From NCBI GenBank assembly GCA_038046765.1, contig JBBSVN010000007.1, positions 18,102 through 82,101 on the forward strand: a stretch of DNA of 64,000 bases, written 5' to 3'. The first letter of the stretch is position 1. The number at the start of each line of letters is the position of its first letter. The DNA is from Candidatus Micrarchaeota archaeon (GTDB lineage Archaea > Micrarchaeota > Micrarchaeia > Anstonellales > Bilamarchaeaceae). The notes beneath the pieces were generated by a model, which ran no database searches, was not told where the DNA came from, and worked only from the letters and a program-made list of their open reading frames with translations. Positions 52,890 through 63,018 of the stretch are shown one piece after another. Made by a program: the position numbers and the translations under genes.

Positions 52890-53810
52890 CTATTGCGGTT
52901 CAAGCATTTCTTTTAATCCTTGTTCAAGATTATACTCTGCTTTAAATTTTAGCAATTCCTTTGCCATATTTACATCCGCGTAAGAATACTTTATATCTCC
53001 TATGCGTTCGTTTTCATTTTTAGGGTTAATATCGCTATGTAATATCTTTTTTATTGTAGAAAAAAGCGTATTTATACTAGTTTGTTTTCCTGTTGCAATG
53101 TTTAAATTTACATTAGATAGGTTACTTTCCATTGCAAGTATTGTCGCACGGGCTACATCTTTAACATAAATAAAATCCCTTGTTTGGCTCCCATCTCCAA
53201 AAATAATTGGGTTTTTGTCATTTTTAACGCAATCGATGAACTTACTTATTACTCCGGCGTAACTTGAACCTGGGTCTTGTCTTGGCCCATAAATATTAAA
53301 ATATCTTAAACATATTGTTGGTAAATTATATTTTGTAGAAAACCAGCTGGCGGTTTGTTCATTCATAAGTTTGCTAATTCCATATGGAGAAATGGGTTTC
53401 GTTTGTTCTGTTTCTTTAATTGGTGGTGTACTATCGCCATAAACTGCGGCGCTACTTGCCAGTACTACTTTTTTTATTTTTTTCTCTGCGCACAAATTAA
53501 GGACGTTTTTAGTTCCTTCAACATTTATTTCATAACATTTTTCAGGATCTTTTATCGAATCAGCTACACTAACAATTGCTGCTTCGTGAATTACGTAATC
53601 CACTCCAGAAAGTGCTTTTTCAACATCTTCAATAAATGTAATTCCTCCTTCTATAATTTCTATCTTATTTTTTATGTGCCTAATGTTGTCCATTGTTCCG
53701 GTTGAAAAATCATCAAGTATAACTACTTTGTACTCTTTTGAAACTAATTGTTCGCAGATGTGCGAACCTACAAAACCCGCTCCTCCTGTTACTAAAATCC
53801 TTTTGTTCAT
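52890..53810 (-). CDS. NAD-dependent nucleotide-sugar epimerase (GalE/WbpP-like)
   Basis: ILVTGGAGFVGSH, ASSAAVYG, SPYGISKLMNEQ (YxxxK), RYFNIYGPRQDP. Confidence 0.85.
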   Translation of the reverse strand: MNKRILVTGGAGFVGSHICEQLVSKEYKVVILDDFSTGTMDNIRHIKNKIEIIEGGITFIEDVEKALSGVDYVIHEAAIVSVADSIKDPEKCYEINVEGTKNVLNLCAEKKIKKVVLASSAAVYGDSTPPIKETEQTKPISPYGISKLMNEQTASWFSTKYNLPTICLRYFNIYGPRQDPGSSYAGVISKFIDCVKNDKNPIIFGDGSQTRDFIYVKDVARATILAMESNLSNVNLNIATGKQTSINTLFSTIKKILHSDINPKNENERIGDIKYSYADVNMAKELLKFKAEYNLEQGLKEMLEPQ

Positions 53811-53846
53811 CTAATCATCATCAATAATCTGCTAGCTTTACTTTAT

Positions 53847-55457
53847 CTAGTAGCTAGGTATTTTGTTAATAATTGATATTATTATATCTGGTATCTTTGC
53901 TTTTTTTAACCATTGTGAGAATATCTCAATCTCACTTTTTGTAAATATTGTGAAATACTTTCCTATGAAAATTAATCCTAAGAATAATGTTGCAACTGGT
54001 GCAAACAATACTCCTAATTCCAAGAATTTGGTTGCACCTGCTAAAGGTAGTTTCATTATAACTGAAGAAATTTTATCATATAGCAAAATTTTTATTCCAA
54101 AATTTAATACAAACAGGATTAATCCCATTGCGATTATCTTGTAAATTGTGTTATAAAAGTTAAATTTGAAAAGTTTCTTGCTCTCTATCTGAGTTAGTAC
54201 AAGGCTTACAAAATAAAACCCCAGGTAAGACAATGCTGCTCCTACAATTCCATAAATAGGTATCAAAAGATAATACATTACCAAGGTTATTACTAATGAA
54301 ATTCCAGTTATTTTTGTAGCAACATCTGCTTTTTTTATCGAGTAAAAAACATTTCTTTGATGGTAGCCTAGTGTAAATGCAATAAATGCAACTGTGAGGA
54401 TGATTAGTGTCGTACCTCCGTTTGCATATCCTTGTCCATACATAACTGATAATATTTCGGATGGATAGACAAGAAGAAAAACAAATATTGGCAGTGCAAG
54501 CATAAGTGTCCATTTTAGTGCGGTATTAGTTACTGTTACTATTTTTTCATAGTTTTCCTCATTATCTGCATGCATATGTGACACAACCGGTACAAATATT
54601 GAGCCTATTGAAGAGGAAAACATTTGCACCAATGTTGCAAGCCCTAAAGCTAGAACATATACTGCAATGTCTGCGCTTCCCTGCGAACCAAGGAAATACG
54701 CTAAAAATATCTTATCAGAATTTCCAAAAACATTGTTTATTAATACACCTGCAAACGAAGCAATTCCAAAAGGTGTTATTTCTTTTCTTAACTCTTTCTC
54801 TTCCACATTTTCATCGCTATTTTGCAATTCTTTGTAGTATTTCCATACGTAATAAACGTGTATTACTGTACCTGCTCCAAAAGAAAGTAAAAAGAGCCAT
54901 GTGAATATTTCTGCTCCCTTACCAAAAATCATTATTACTGGGTAAAGTAATAGTAATCTTGAGAGGGTCTGGATAACCATTGAAATTGCAGCGTCCTTTG
55001 ATTTTTTAAAACCCAGGATTGCTGCCTGTGCCATTGTAAATAACGAGTATAATAAAATGTAAAAACTAAGTATTTGTATCAAAGGCGCGATTTGGGGTGT
55101 ATTAAAGAAAGTTGCTACTTCTTTACTTAACAAAAAGAAGCCCATTACAAGAATTGCAGACAATAAAATTCCAAAATGAAAAACTAGCCTTATTAGTTTT
55201 TTAACTGTATTATAATTTTTTTTTCCGTAATAACCTGACACGTAAACGGATAGCACATTCGATAATCCCGGGTCAGATAAAATAGTAGCTAAGCTTATTA
55301 TTCCAAATGCAGCGTAAAATTGGCCAATTGTTTCTTTTGCAAATTCCCTTGCTATAAATATTGTAAAAATTAATCCGAGTACTTTTACTGCTGTAAAAGA
55401 AGCAAACTGCCAGAATGTTCCTTTTGCAATTTCCTTGTAACCTTCTTCTTCTTCCAT
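53847..55457 (-). CDS. Oligosaccharide flippase (MOP/Wzx family polysaccharide biosynthesis protein)
   Basis: 536 aa with about 14 TM segments. Typical Wzx layout within a glycan locus. Confidence 0.65.
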   Translation of the reverse strand: MEEEEGYKEIAKGTFWQFASFTAVKVLGLIFTIFIAREFAKETIGQFYAAFGIISLATILSDPGLSNVLSVYVSGYYGKKNYNTVKKLIRLVFHFGILLSAILVMGFFLLSKEVATFFNTPQIAPLIQILSFYILLYSLFTMAQAAILGFKKSKDAAISMVIQTLSRLLLLYPVIMIFGKGAEIFTWLFLLSFGAGTVIHVYYVWKYYKELQNSDENVEEKELRKEITPFGIASFAGVLINNVFGNSDKIFLAYFLGSQGSADIAVYVLALGLATLVQMFSSSIGSIFVPVVSHMHADNEENYEKIVTVTNTALKWTLMLALPIFVFLLVYPSEILSVMYGQGYANGGTTLIILTVAFIAFTLGYHQRNVFYSIKKADVATKITGISLVITLVMYYLLIPIYGIVGAALSYLGFYFVSLVLTQIESKKLFKFNFYNTIYKIIAMGLILFVLNFGIKILLYDKISSVIMKLPLAGATKFLELGVLFAPVATLFLGLIFIGKYFTIFTKSEIEIFSQWLKKAKIPDIIISIINKIPSY

Positions 55458-55488
55458 GCCACCACTTTGACTCTGCCTTTTCTAATCT

Positions 55489-55565
55489 CGTGAACTTTGT
55501 TCACGATCCCTCAAAATGCAAAGCATTTTGAGATAGCAAAAGTAGAGGGTTCTCAAAAACCTTCA
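55489..55565. promoter_or_regulatory. Three tandem stem-loops in the GT4-flippase intergenic region
   Basis: CGTGAAC-TTT-GTTCACG (55489-55505). CTCAAAATGC-AAA-GCATTTTGAG (55510-55532). GAGGGTT...AACCTTC (imperfect, ~55545-55565). Confidence 0.5.
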
Positions 55566-55652
55566 GGCATTTTCTAAGAAACCTTTTACTTTTCTGTACT
55601 TTTAAGAAATGATTCTATTGTTAAAAATTATTAGTCCAAAGATTATTAAGTC

Positions 55653-56765
55653 CTACTCATTAGCTTCTTTATAAACTTCCAAAACATCCTTCGCAATTTT
55701 GTCCCAGGAATACTCCTTTGTAAGGTTAGATTTTGCCTGTTTTACAATTTGTATGAATTTCTCTCTGTTTTCTAAAAAATACATTAGTTTCTTTTCTAAT
55801 TCAGTTTCATCTTTAAAGAGGAACAATTCCGCGTTTTTACCATAAATTTTGTTATAAAATACTTCGTAGTCGCCTACCCTTGTTGAAAAAATTGGACGTT
55901 CGCTTGCTACTGCCTCAAGCCAGACTAACGGGAATCCCTCATATTTACTTGGTAAGGCTATCGCGAGTGAATTACAATATTCCTTTACGATTTCTTTGTA
56001 TGGAACTTCTTTGAAAGAAACCGAATCTTGTATGTTTAGTTCCTTAGTTAGTTTAACTAAACCTTCTTTTATTCCCTCATCCTTACCAATTATATTAAGC
56101 TTAATTTCTTCTTCAAATTTTGTACTGAACTTAGCAAATGTGCTTATTAGTAAGTCGATCCCTTTGTATTCATCAAGCCGACCAATGTAAGAAATTGTTC
56201 TGTTATTGTCAAAACTAGGACAATTAAATTTATCTATATCTACTCCACAAGGGATATGTATCAATTTGCTTTTGTCAACTTCCTTTTCAATATCCTTAAT
56301 TGAAACATTTGAAACTACAATTACTTTTTTTGCTATCCTTAGGAAGATGCTTGCGATAAACAAGCGATAGAAACTCTGAAAAACTCCGGAGAATCCATTT
56401 AGTTTTGGGTAGCCGTGGAGTGTAAATACAAACGGTTTTCGTTTTATCCATGCTGCAATGGCTGTGAAAAACGGCATGAGCGAGCCATATCCGTGTGAAG
56501 AAAAAATGTCTGCATCGCTCTTAAGCATCGCTAAAAACATACCTGGTGAGAATCGGACTGATGAGAAAACTGGGGCTGCAAAAGAAAAAAAACGGCGCAC
56601 AGTTATTCCATTAATCTTTTCTTCTTTAGATGTATTTGGCAGTGCTGATGTAAAAACAGTAAGTTCATTGCCCAAAGCACAAAGCTCACTGCTAAGATTT
56701 AACGTATAATTTTCTATTCCGCCTGTTGCGGGCGGAAATAAATGCGTGACTTGAAGGATTTTCAT
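55653..56765 (-). CDS. Glycosyltransferase, GT4 family
   Basis: MKILQVTHLFPPATGGIENY N-domain. LPSKYEGFPLVWLEAVASERPIFSTRVGDY C-domain. Confidence 0.8.
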   Translation of the reverse strand: MKILQVTHLFPPATGGIENYTLNLSSELCALGNELTVFTSALPNTSKEEKINGITVRRFFSFAAPVFSSVRFSPGMFLAMLKSDADIFSSHGYGSLMPFFTAIAAWIKRKPFVFTLHGYPKLNGFSGVFQSFYRLFIASIFLRIAKKVIVVSNVSIKDIEKEVDKSKLIHIPCGVDIDKFNCPSFDNNRTISYIGRLDEYKGIDLLISTFAKFSTKFEEEIKLNIIGKDEGIKEGLVKLTKELNIQDSVSFKEVPYKEIVKEYCNSLAIALPSKYEGFPLVWLEAVASERPIFSTRVGDYEVFYNKIYGKNAELFLFKDETELEKKLMYFLENREKFIQIVKQAKSNLTKEYSWDKIAKDVLEVYKEANE

Positions 56766-56919
56766 AAGTAATCTTATCTGAGACCACTTTTAATCCTTTT
56801 GTGGTTTGGTACTGACCACTTTAGGCTACTTATCAATCCGAAATTGATTAATTTAGACTGCTTTAGGTATTTTTTATGTAATCGAATGGTTTTAAATCAA
56901 ATCCTCTAATAATATCACT

Positions 56920-58074
56920 ATGCACAACAAAAGAAAAAAATTACGATATGCTCCTGTTCCTTCAGCAGAATTATCCCATCCAAAGAAATGGCGTAAATGG
57001 GCACTTCTAGGTGGAATTGCATTAGGCTTATACATAGCTAGTAAAATAACTCCTGAAGAATCAAAAAACCCTAGAGGTCAGTTAGTCGTCGCAAGAAAAA
57101 TTGGAGAAGAAAAAAAGTTTACAAACATCCATAATATTCTAGATCGGTACTCAATTTCCAATTCCGAAGTTAAAAAAATTATCCAAACTTCAGATTACGA
57201 CATCGTAATTTTATCACAAAATTCCAACGCCCTAAAGAGGATTTCTGCTCAAAACTTAAATGGCGCTAGCCTTGCTTTAATAAAAGAGGGTTCGCAAATT
57301 CGTTGTTTTTTAGTCGTAAGACCGTTTAGGGATGATGAAATAATTCCAAGGTACGATGTAAATGCCGATAAAATTAAGCAGAATCTAAAAGATTTGCTTG
57401 ATAAAACTGCTCGTTCATCTAGTCCTGATGATCGCGCCCTTTTGTTTGAACAAACAATGCAACTTGCAAAGACTCTTTCTTCAAGAGAACCTGATAGGGA
57501 AATTTTAGAATTTATGCTATTGCAGGAATTATTACAAATACGCGTAGATGATGCGCAAAATATCGAACAGAAAAGGAAGAACAATTTTTCAGATACTCTT
57601 TTACACGAGGTAGTTCATGGTGAGTACAGCAGAAACGAACTAATAAATCACCCCGAAAAGTATTCTCTTGGTAATAATGATGTTTTAATTCTAGGTAGTG
57701 CTACTGTTTCTGTTTTAACCATTGAAGATAGTGAAAAACTTGCAAGGCTCGCAACCATTGCCTACGGAGTAAGTCCTATTTCGATGATCCGTGATTTAAT
57801 TTCCAGAAGTTCGTTAGAATTAATTTCCAGTCCTAAACGAGATTCTTATAAACTACTAAAAGATTTATTGTTTGCATTGAATGTTTCAAAAGACCATCTA
57901 GCTCTGCTTGATAAAACTGAGGACGAAATTCGTTTCGCTGCTAAGCAACTACTAGAGAGATTTTCTATAGAAAGGTACGGTACACCTTTTGATCAGGTCA
58001 TTAGCCCTACCCGATTGGAATCAGTTTTGTGGACTGCACGAAATTATTTCGACCAAAACCAGGGGAATTTGTAA
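56920..58074 (+). CDS. Membrane-anchored hypothetical protein with HExxH motif (possible zinc metallopeptidase)
   Basis: N-terminal anchor WRKWALLGGIALGLYIASKI. TLLHEVVHGEY contains HEVVH. No other family signature recognised. Confidence 0.35.
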   Translation: MHNKRKKLRYAPVPSAELSHPKKWRKWALLGGIALGLYIASKITPEESKNPRGQLVVARKIGEEKKFTNIHNILDRYSISNSEVKKIIQTSDYDIVILSQNSNALKRISAQNLNGASLALIKEGSQIRCFLVVRPFRDDEIIPRYDVNADKIKQNLKDLLDKTARSSSPDDRALLFEQTMQLAKTLSSREPDREILEFMLLQELLQIRVDDAQNIEQKRKNNFSDTLLHEVVHGEYSRNELINHPEKYSLGNNDVLILGSATVSVLTIEDSEKLARLATIAYGVSPISMIRDLISRSSLELISSPKRDSYKLLKDLLFALNVSKDHLALLDKTEDEIRFAAKQLLERFSIERYGTPFDQVISPTRLESVLWTARNYFDQNQGNL

Positions 58075-58085
58075 ACCCCATTGAA

Positions 58086-58661
58086 TTAAATTTTAACCTT
58101 TACTTCCTTCTTCTCTTCAAAACTTGCTTTAAAATACTCCTTGTCTTGCATAGATAATCCTCCTGCAATTATTGAATCCGGAATTGAGTGTATTTTCGTA
58201 TTGTATAAAAGCACAGAATTATTGTAAAATTCTCTTCTATCCGCAATCTGGTTTTCTACTCTGCTTAATTCCTGCTGCAAGTGTAAGAAGTTTTCATTAG
58301 CCTGGAGCTTTGGGTAATTTTCTGAAACTGCAAATATACTTTTTAGTGCACTAGTTATCATGTTGTCTGCTGTTGCCCTGCTGCTAAGGTTCCCACTTAC
58401 CAATTGTGTTCTATATTTTGTTATTGTTTCAAGAGTTTCTTTTTCATATTTTTTGTAACCTTTAATCGTTTCTACAAGATTAGGTATAAGGTCATACCTC
58501 TGCTTTAACAAAACATCTATATTTGACCATGCCTTATCGATGTTATTTTTTAGTTCTATTAGTCCGTTGTAGACTGATAAAAAGTAAAAAATCGCCCAAC
58601 TAAATAAAACAATACCAACAAATGCCAGTGTTATTCCTAAAGCAAAAACCATCGCTATCAC
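58086..58661 (-). CDS. lemA: LemA family protein
   Basis: N-terminal TM segment, then YNGLIELKNNIDKAWSNIDVLLKQRYDLIPNLVETIKGY...NENFLHLQQELSRVENQIADRREFYNNSVLLYNTKI (LemA signature). Confidence 0.88.
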   Translation of the reverse strand: MIAMVFALGITLAFVGIVLFSWAIFYFLSVYNGLIELKNNIDKAWSNIDVLLKQRYDLIPNLVETIKGYKKYEKETLETITKYRTQLVSGNLSSRATADNMITSALKSIFAVSENYPKLQANENFLHLQQELSRVENQIADRREFYNNSVLLYNTKIHSIPDSIIAGGLSMQDKEYFKASFEEKKEVKVKI

Positions 58662-59438
58662 CTATATTTTAAACATTGTCAAAAGTAAAAATAAACATAT
58701 AGTTGAAATTATTAAACCTATTACCAAAGATGTCTTGACGCCTGAACCCATCTCTTGTGTTATTTCAGTTTCATGTTTGTCCATTATGTAGAGAATATTA
58801 TCTGGTTTTTCCTTTTTTATAATAATTGAATTTTCAACGGACTCATATGGTGTAGCTGTACCAAGAACATAAATCATTTCATTCTCTGCAATAAAATACT
58901 CGTAAATCATAACTTCAAGATTTTGATGATCCATAAAACTTTTTTTATCCTTTTCTTTAAGTGTTTCTATATATTCAAGTACAGAGCTTTCTATTTTCTT
59001 ATGAGATACTCCAAAAACGCCCTTGCCAGATATGTATCCTTTGTAAACTTTGTCTTCTGGAATTTCAATTTGTGAGCCTGTTGGATCAATTAGAATTTTA
59101 CCTGTTTCATCTTTTATATAAAATTTATCTGTACTTTTTGATGTGTAAAATTCTTTCCAACCACCATATTTACCAGATTTATAATACTGGGCATTTATTT
59201 CCCAATAAACGCATTTTTGTTTTGCAATTGGGCTTAAAACTTGATTAAACATCTTACTTTCGCCATAAACTTCGCTTAGTCCCATTGCAACTGCCTCTAC
59301 CTTCGATGTAGGGGTGTTTTTTATCTTTTGTAAAAGACGATAGTTTAGTAAAGAATTTATTATAAAAGATATGCCTATTAGGAATCCGCTTATCAATAAT
59401 ATTAGTGCCTTAACTTCTGAGTTTGTCATGTTTGCCAC
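58662..59438 (-). CDS. Bitopic membrane protein, GIDE-like (LemA-associated)
   Basis: N- and C-terminal TM segments flanking a beta-rich domain. The stop codon directly abuts the lemA start. GIDE assignment is by architecture and context only. Confidence 0.35.
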   Translation of the reverse strand: MANMTNSEVKALILLISGFLIGISFIINSLLNYRLLQKIKNTPTSKVEAVAMGLSEVYGESKMFNQVLSPIAKQKCVYWEINAQYYKSGKYGGWKEFYTSKSTDKFYIKDETGKILIDPTGSQIEIPEDKVYKGYISGKGVFGVSHKKIESSVLEYIETLKEKDKKSFMDHQNLEVMIYEYFIAENEMIYVLGTATPYESVENSIIIKKEKPDNILYIMDKHETEITQEMGSGVKTSLVIGLIISTICLFLLLTMFKI

Positions 59439-59541
59439 TTAGAAAAACTTACTCGAGATATATTTATAAATTCCAGTCGCGTTATAATATTCTAGTTTTC
59501 ATTTAGTTAAAACATATAAAACATATAAGTTAGTGGTTTTC

Positions 59542-60630
59542 ATGTCAAACAATCTTAAAGCAGTCTTAGTTCTGAAAAATGGTTCGATATTTTACGGCAA
59601 TGGATTTGGAGTAGTTGCACAAAAGACGGGCGAGTTAGTTTTCAATACTTCAATGGTTGGTTATCAGGAAGCACTAACCGATCCAAGTTATGCTGGTCAA
59701 ATCTTACTTATGACCTATCCTCTAGTTGGCAATTACGGGACTAATGAAACTGATTTTGAAAGCGATAAGGTTCATTTAGAAGGATTTGTTTTAAGAGAAG
59801 ATGATGAAGTTACTTATCATAGAAAGACAACAAAAACCTTGGATACATTTCTAAAAGAAAACAACACTCCAGGTATAAGCGGAATTGATACCCGCGCTAT
59901 CGTAAGACAAGTTCGAAGCGAAGGAGTTATGCCAGCTATAATTAAGACATACCAAAGCAACGAGACGGTTGACGTAAAAAAATTAATTGAAGAGCTTAAT
60001 TTTAATTATTCTGCTGTTAATTTTGTTGAAAAAGTTTCGATAAAAGAGCCAAAGGTTTATGGTAAAGAAAGCGACCGGACGGTTGTACTAATTGATTATG
60101 GCGCGAAACTAAATATTATACGGGAACTAGTTAAGCGGAATCTGAAAGTAATTGTTGTTCCTCATAATACTTCTTTTGAAAAAATCTGCGCTTATACTCC
60201 ATTGGGTGTTTTCCTTTCTAATGGCCCAGGAGACCCTAAAATGCTTACTAACGAGCATGCAGTTATAAGAAAACTAATTGAAAATAACTATCCAATTATG
60301 GGAATTTGTCTTGGTCATCAATTAATCGGGCATGCGCTTGGGGGCACAACTTATAAAATGAAATTTGGGCACCGTGGGAGCAATCAACCTGTACTTGATA
60401 AAATAAGAAACAAGGTCGTAATGACAACACAAAATCATGGTTATGCCGTTGATAATACGAAAATTCCGGATGATCTTGAGCTTACGCATGTTAACATAAA
60501 CGACGGAACAAATGAGGGTATGCGACACAAATCTAAAAAAGTATTTAGTGTGCAGTATCATCCTGAAGCATGCCCCGGGCCAAATGATTCAAAATATTTA
60601 TTTGACGATTTTGTTAAGAATTTGCTCTAG
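59542..60630 (+). CDS. carA: Carbamoyl-phosphate synthase small (glutaminase) subunit
   Basis: LVLKNGSIFYGNGFG, MVGYQEALTDPSYAGQIL, GICLGHQL, QNHGYAV, HPEACPGP. Confidence 0.92.
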   Translation: MSNNLKAVLVLKNGSIFYGNGFGVVAQKTGELVFNTSMVGYQEALTDPSYAGQILLMTYPLVGNYGTNETDFESDKVHLEGFVLREDDEVTYHRKTTKTLDTFLKENNTPGISGIDTRAIVRQVRSEGVMPAIIKTYQSNETVDVKKLIEELNFNYSAVNFVEKVSIKEPKVYGKESDRTVVLIDYGAKLNIIRELVKRNLKVIVVPHNTSFEKICAYTPLGVFLSNGPGDPKMLTNEHAVIRKLIENNYPIMGICLGHQLIGHALGGTTYKMKFGHRGSNQPVLDKIRNKVVMTTQNHGYAVDNTKIPDDLELTHVNINDGTNEGMRHKSKKVFSVQYHPEACPGPNDSKYLFDDFVKNLL

Positions 60631-60647
60631 AAAATAATTGTATTTAG

Positions 60648-62372
60648 TTATTTAATAAACTCCCGATACCACTTCTCAAGTAAAAATAAGCTCCATAATT
60701 GATACGCTTTTTTACTTGGTCTAAATCCTTTAAACTCTGCTAATTCTTTGCAAATACTTAGGTCAAGTCCTACTTCTTTTAGCATTGGTTTTTCCAAATA
60801 ATTCATTGCATAATTTAGAATATCCTTATTCTTAAACCAGAAAATAGGAGACGCACCAAATCCTTTCTTTGCCCTTGTCTTTGTTATTTTAGGGACAAGA
60901 TATTTTACTGCTTGTCGTAAAACGTACTTTCCAGTAAATCCATTTAGTTTTTGATCTAGTGGAATAGTCTTAGCAAATTGTATTACGCTATTATCTAAAA
61001 ACGGAACCCGTCCTTCAACTGAAGCGCCAAGAGTTGCTTTGTCTGCTTTGTTTAGAAGTTGATGTGGCAAGAATTCATTAAACTCGAAATTCATTACATT
61101 TTCAAGTGCATTGCCCTGTACTTTTTTGTAGCCATCTAAAACCTGGTCAGCATAAGAACTATTAAATCCGCCTATCCTAGTTCGCAAAGAATTTGGAAAC
61201 ATTCGAATAAATTGTTCATATAAAAGGAAGCGTGCAAATTTCGGAATTGGAAGCGAATTAGAAAATGGTCTGTAACGCTCGTAACCAGCAAATAATTCAT
61301 CGCTACCTTCTCCAGATAAAACTACTTTAACGTGTTTACGTGCAAGACTCGAAACCAGATAAACAGGAAGACATGCACTATCCCAAGTTAAATCATCATA
61401 ATGATGCACTAGTTCGTCAATTTGCTTTGGGATATCCTCTGGTACAATCATTATTTCATGGTGGTTCGTTTCGAAATAATCCGAAACGATTTTAGCATAC
61501 TTTAATTCATCGCTCTCTTGTCCAAAACCAACTGTAAATGTTTCAATTGGTTTTTCGTTTTTAGTTTCCTTGTTAATTTCTGCCATGAGTCCAACAATTG
61601 TGCTTGAATCAATTCCTCCAGAAAGGAATGCCCCTAGTGGAACATCGCTCATTAATTGTGCGCGTACGGAATCTTTTAGTACAGAATATAAGTTTGCGTT
61701 TTGCGGAAGTTTTACTTTTTCAGGTGTGAATTTAGTTATTTCTAGTCTCTTGCCATCAAAGGTCAGGGTGTGTGAGGGAAGCAGCTTTTTTATTCCCTTA
61801 AACAATGTTTTATCTCCTAAAACTGTTCCAAAAGTTAGGTATGACGAAAGCGCTTCTCTATCTACTTCTGCCATTATTTCACCGCTTTCTAGTATGCATT
61901 TAATTTCCGAACCGTAAATAAGTTTTCCATTAACAAATGCATAGTAAATCGGCTTTATTCCAATGCTATCTCGAGCTAAAACAAGTTTTTTCTTTTGCGT
62001 GTCATAGATAGAAATTGCGAACATTCCATTTAGTTTTGTGAATGCGGTCATGCCACAGTCTTCGTAAGCATGCAAAATCGTTTCAGTATCGCTTGAAGTA
62101 GAAAATTTGTGGCCTTTTTTTATTAATTCTTCCTTCAAGGAAAGGTAGTTATATATTTCTCCGTTAAAAGTAATTGCGATATTTTTATCTTCGTTCCAAA
62201 TAGGTTGGTCACCGGTTGACAAGTCTATTATACTAAGCCTTCTAAATCCAATGGAAATTTTGTCATCTACTAAATAGCCATCGCTATCTGGACCACGATA
62301 AGAAATCTTATCTGTCATCTTTCTTATCAAGCTTTTATCAGCTAGACCGTAGATACCAGTAATGCCGCACAT
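60648..62372 (-). CDS. asnB: Asparagine synthase (glutamine-hydrolysing) family amidotransferase
   Basis: MCGITGIYG (Ntn Cys2) and the PP-loop LSGGIDSS. 574 aa. Confidence 0.9.
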   Translation of the reverse strand: MCGITGIYGLADKSLIRKMTDKISYRGPDSDGYLVDDKISIGFRRLSIIDLSTGDQPIWNEDKNIAITFNGEIYNYLSLKEELIKKGHKFSTSSDTETILHAYEDCGMTAFTKLNGMFAISIYDTQKKKLVLARDSIGIKPIYYAFVNGKLIYGSEIKCILESGEIMAEVDREALSSYLTFGTVLGDKTLFKGIKKLLPSHTLTFDGKRLEITKFTPEKVKLPQNANLYSVLKDSVRAQLMSDVPLGAFLSGGIDSSTIVGLMAEINKETKNEKPIETFTVGFGQESDELKYAKIVSDYFETNHHEIMIVPEDIPKQIDELVHHYDDLTWDSACLPVYLVSSLARKHVKVVLSGEGSDELFAGYERYRPFSNSLPIPKFARFLLYEQFIRMFPNSLRTRIGGFNSSYADQVLDGYKKVQGNALENVMNFEFNEFLPHQLLNKADKATLGASVEGRVPFLDNSVIQFAKTIPLDQKLNGFTGKYVLRQAVKYLVPKITKTRAKKGFGASPIFWFKNKDILNYAMNYLEKPMLKEVGLDLSICKELAEFKGFRPSKKAYQLWSLFLLEKWYREFIK

Positions 62373-62496
62373 AAACTAAATAGGGAAAAAAAGAACTATA
62401 AATAGATATTGCAATCGCTTAAATGATTATATAATGATCAAAATTTCATTTATCTATCTTTAAAAACTGCTTGTAGCTTAATTTTTTATTGATTAA

Positions 62497-62964
62497 ATGT
62501 CTCATAAAACAATAATTTATGACTCAGTTAGTTCTCGATTGCGAGTTCAAACAATGCCCGATACAAAAGTAACTGATCGGCTTAGGAATTTTAGAAATCG
62601 TTTTTCTGGTAAAATCGATCAATCAAAAGAAGGTCCACATCATTCCTTTGAATTTTTAGGTAATCTCTTTTTGTTACTGCGATCTGAAACTACCGAAGCT
62701 TACGCTTTAGTACAAAGATTTAAGTTTGATGATAATGGTGTTATCGTGCTATGTAATGCAAATATTTTTGAAGTGATTTTGCCAAAATATCCTCCCCATA
62801 GAATAGTAAACGATGGCATTTTGCATATAAAACTTCAAGAAATTGATTTAAGTGACCTTGTAATGTGTTTTGTTGACCGAGTAATTGCTAATTTAGATTC
62901 GAATCCCGAGTTTGAAAGATTCTTTAGAACACATCCGGGGATTTTAGAAAAGATGGGTGTCTAA
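62497..62964 (+). CDS. Hypothetical protein
   Basis: 155-aa ORF, no motif. Confidence 0.4.
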   Translation: MSHKTIIYDSVSSRLRVQTMPDTKVTDRLRNFRNRFSGKIDQSKEGPHHSFEFLGNLFLLLRSETTEAYALVQRFKFDDNGVIVLCNANIFEVILPKYPPHRIVNDGILHIKLQEIDLSDLVMCFVDRVIANLDSNPEFERFFRTHPGILEKMGV

Positions 62965-63018
62965 TTAGCGGATACATTACCAAGATAACATTTTAAATGC
63001 AAAAGTGAGAACTAATCT

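Noticed and set aside
53355-54904. Several 90-117-aa ORFs within or antisense to the epimerase and flippase genes
   Set aside because: They overlap longer CDSs with clear family features. Their compositions are typical of off-frame AT-rich sequence.
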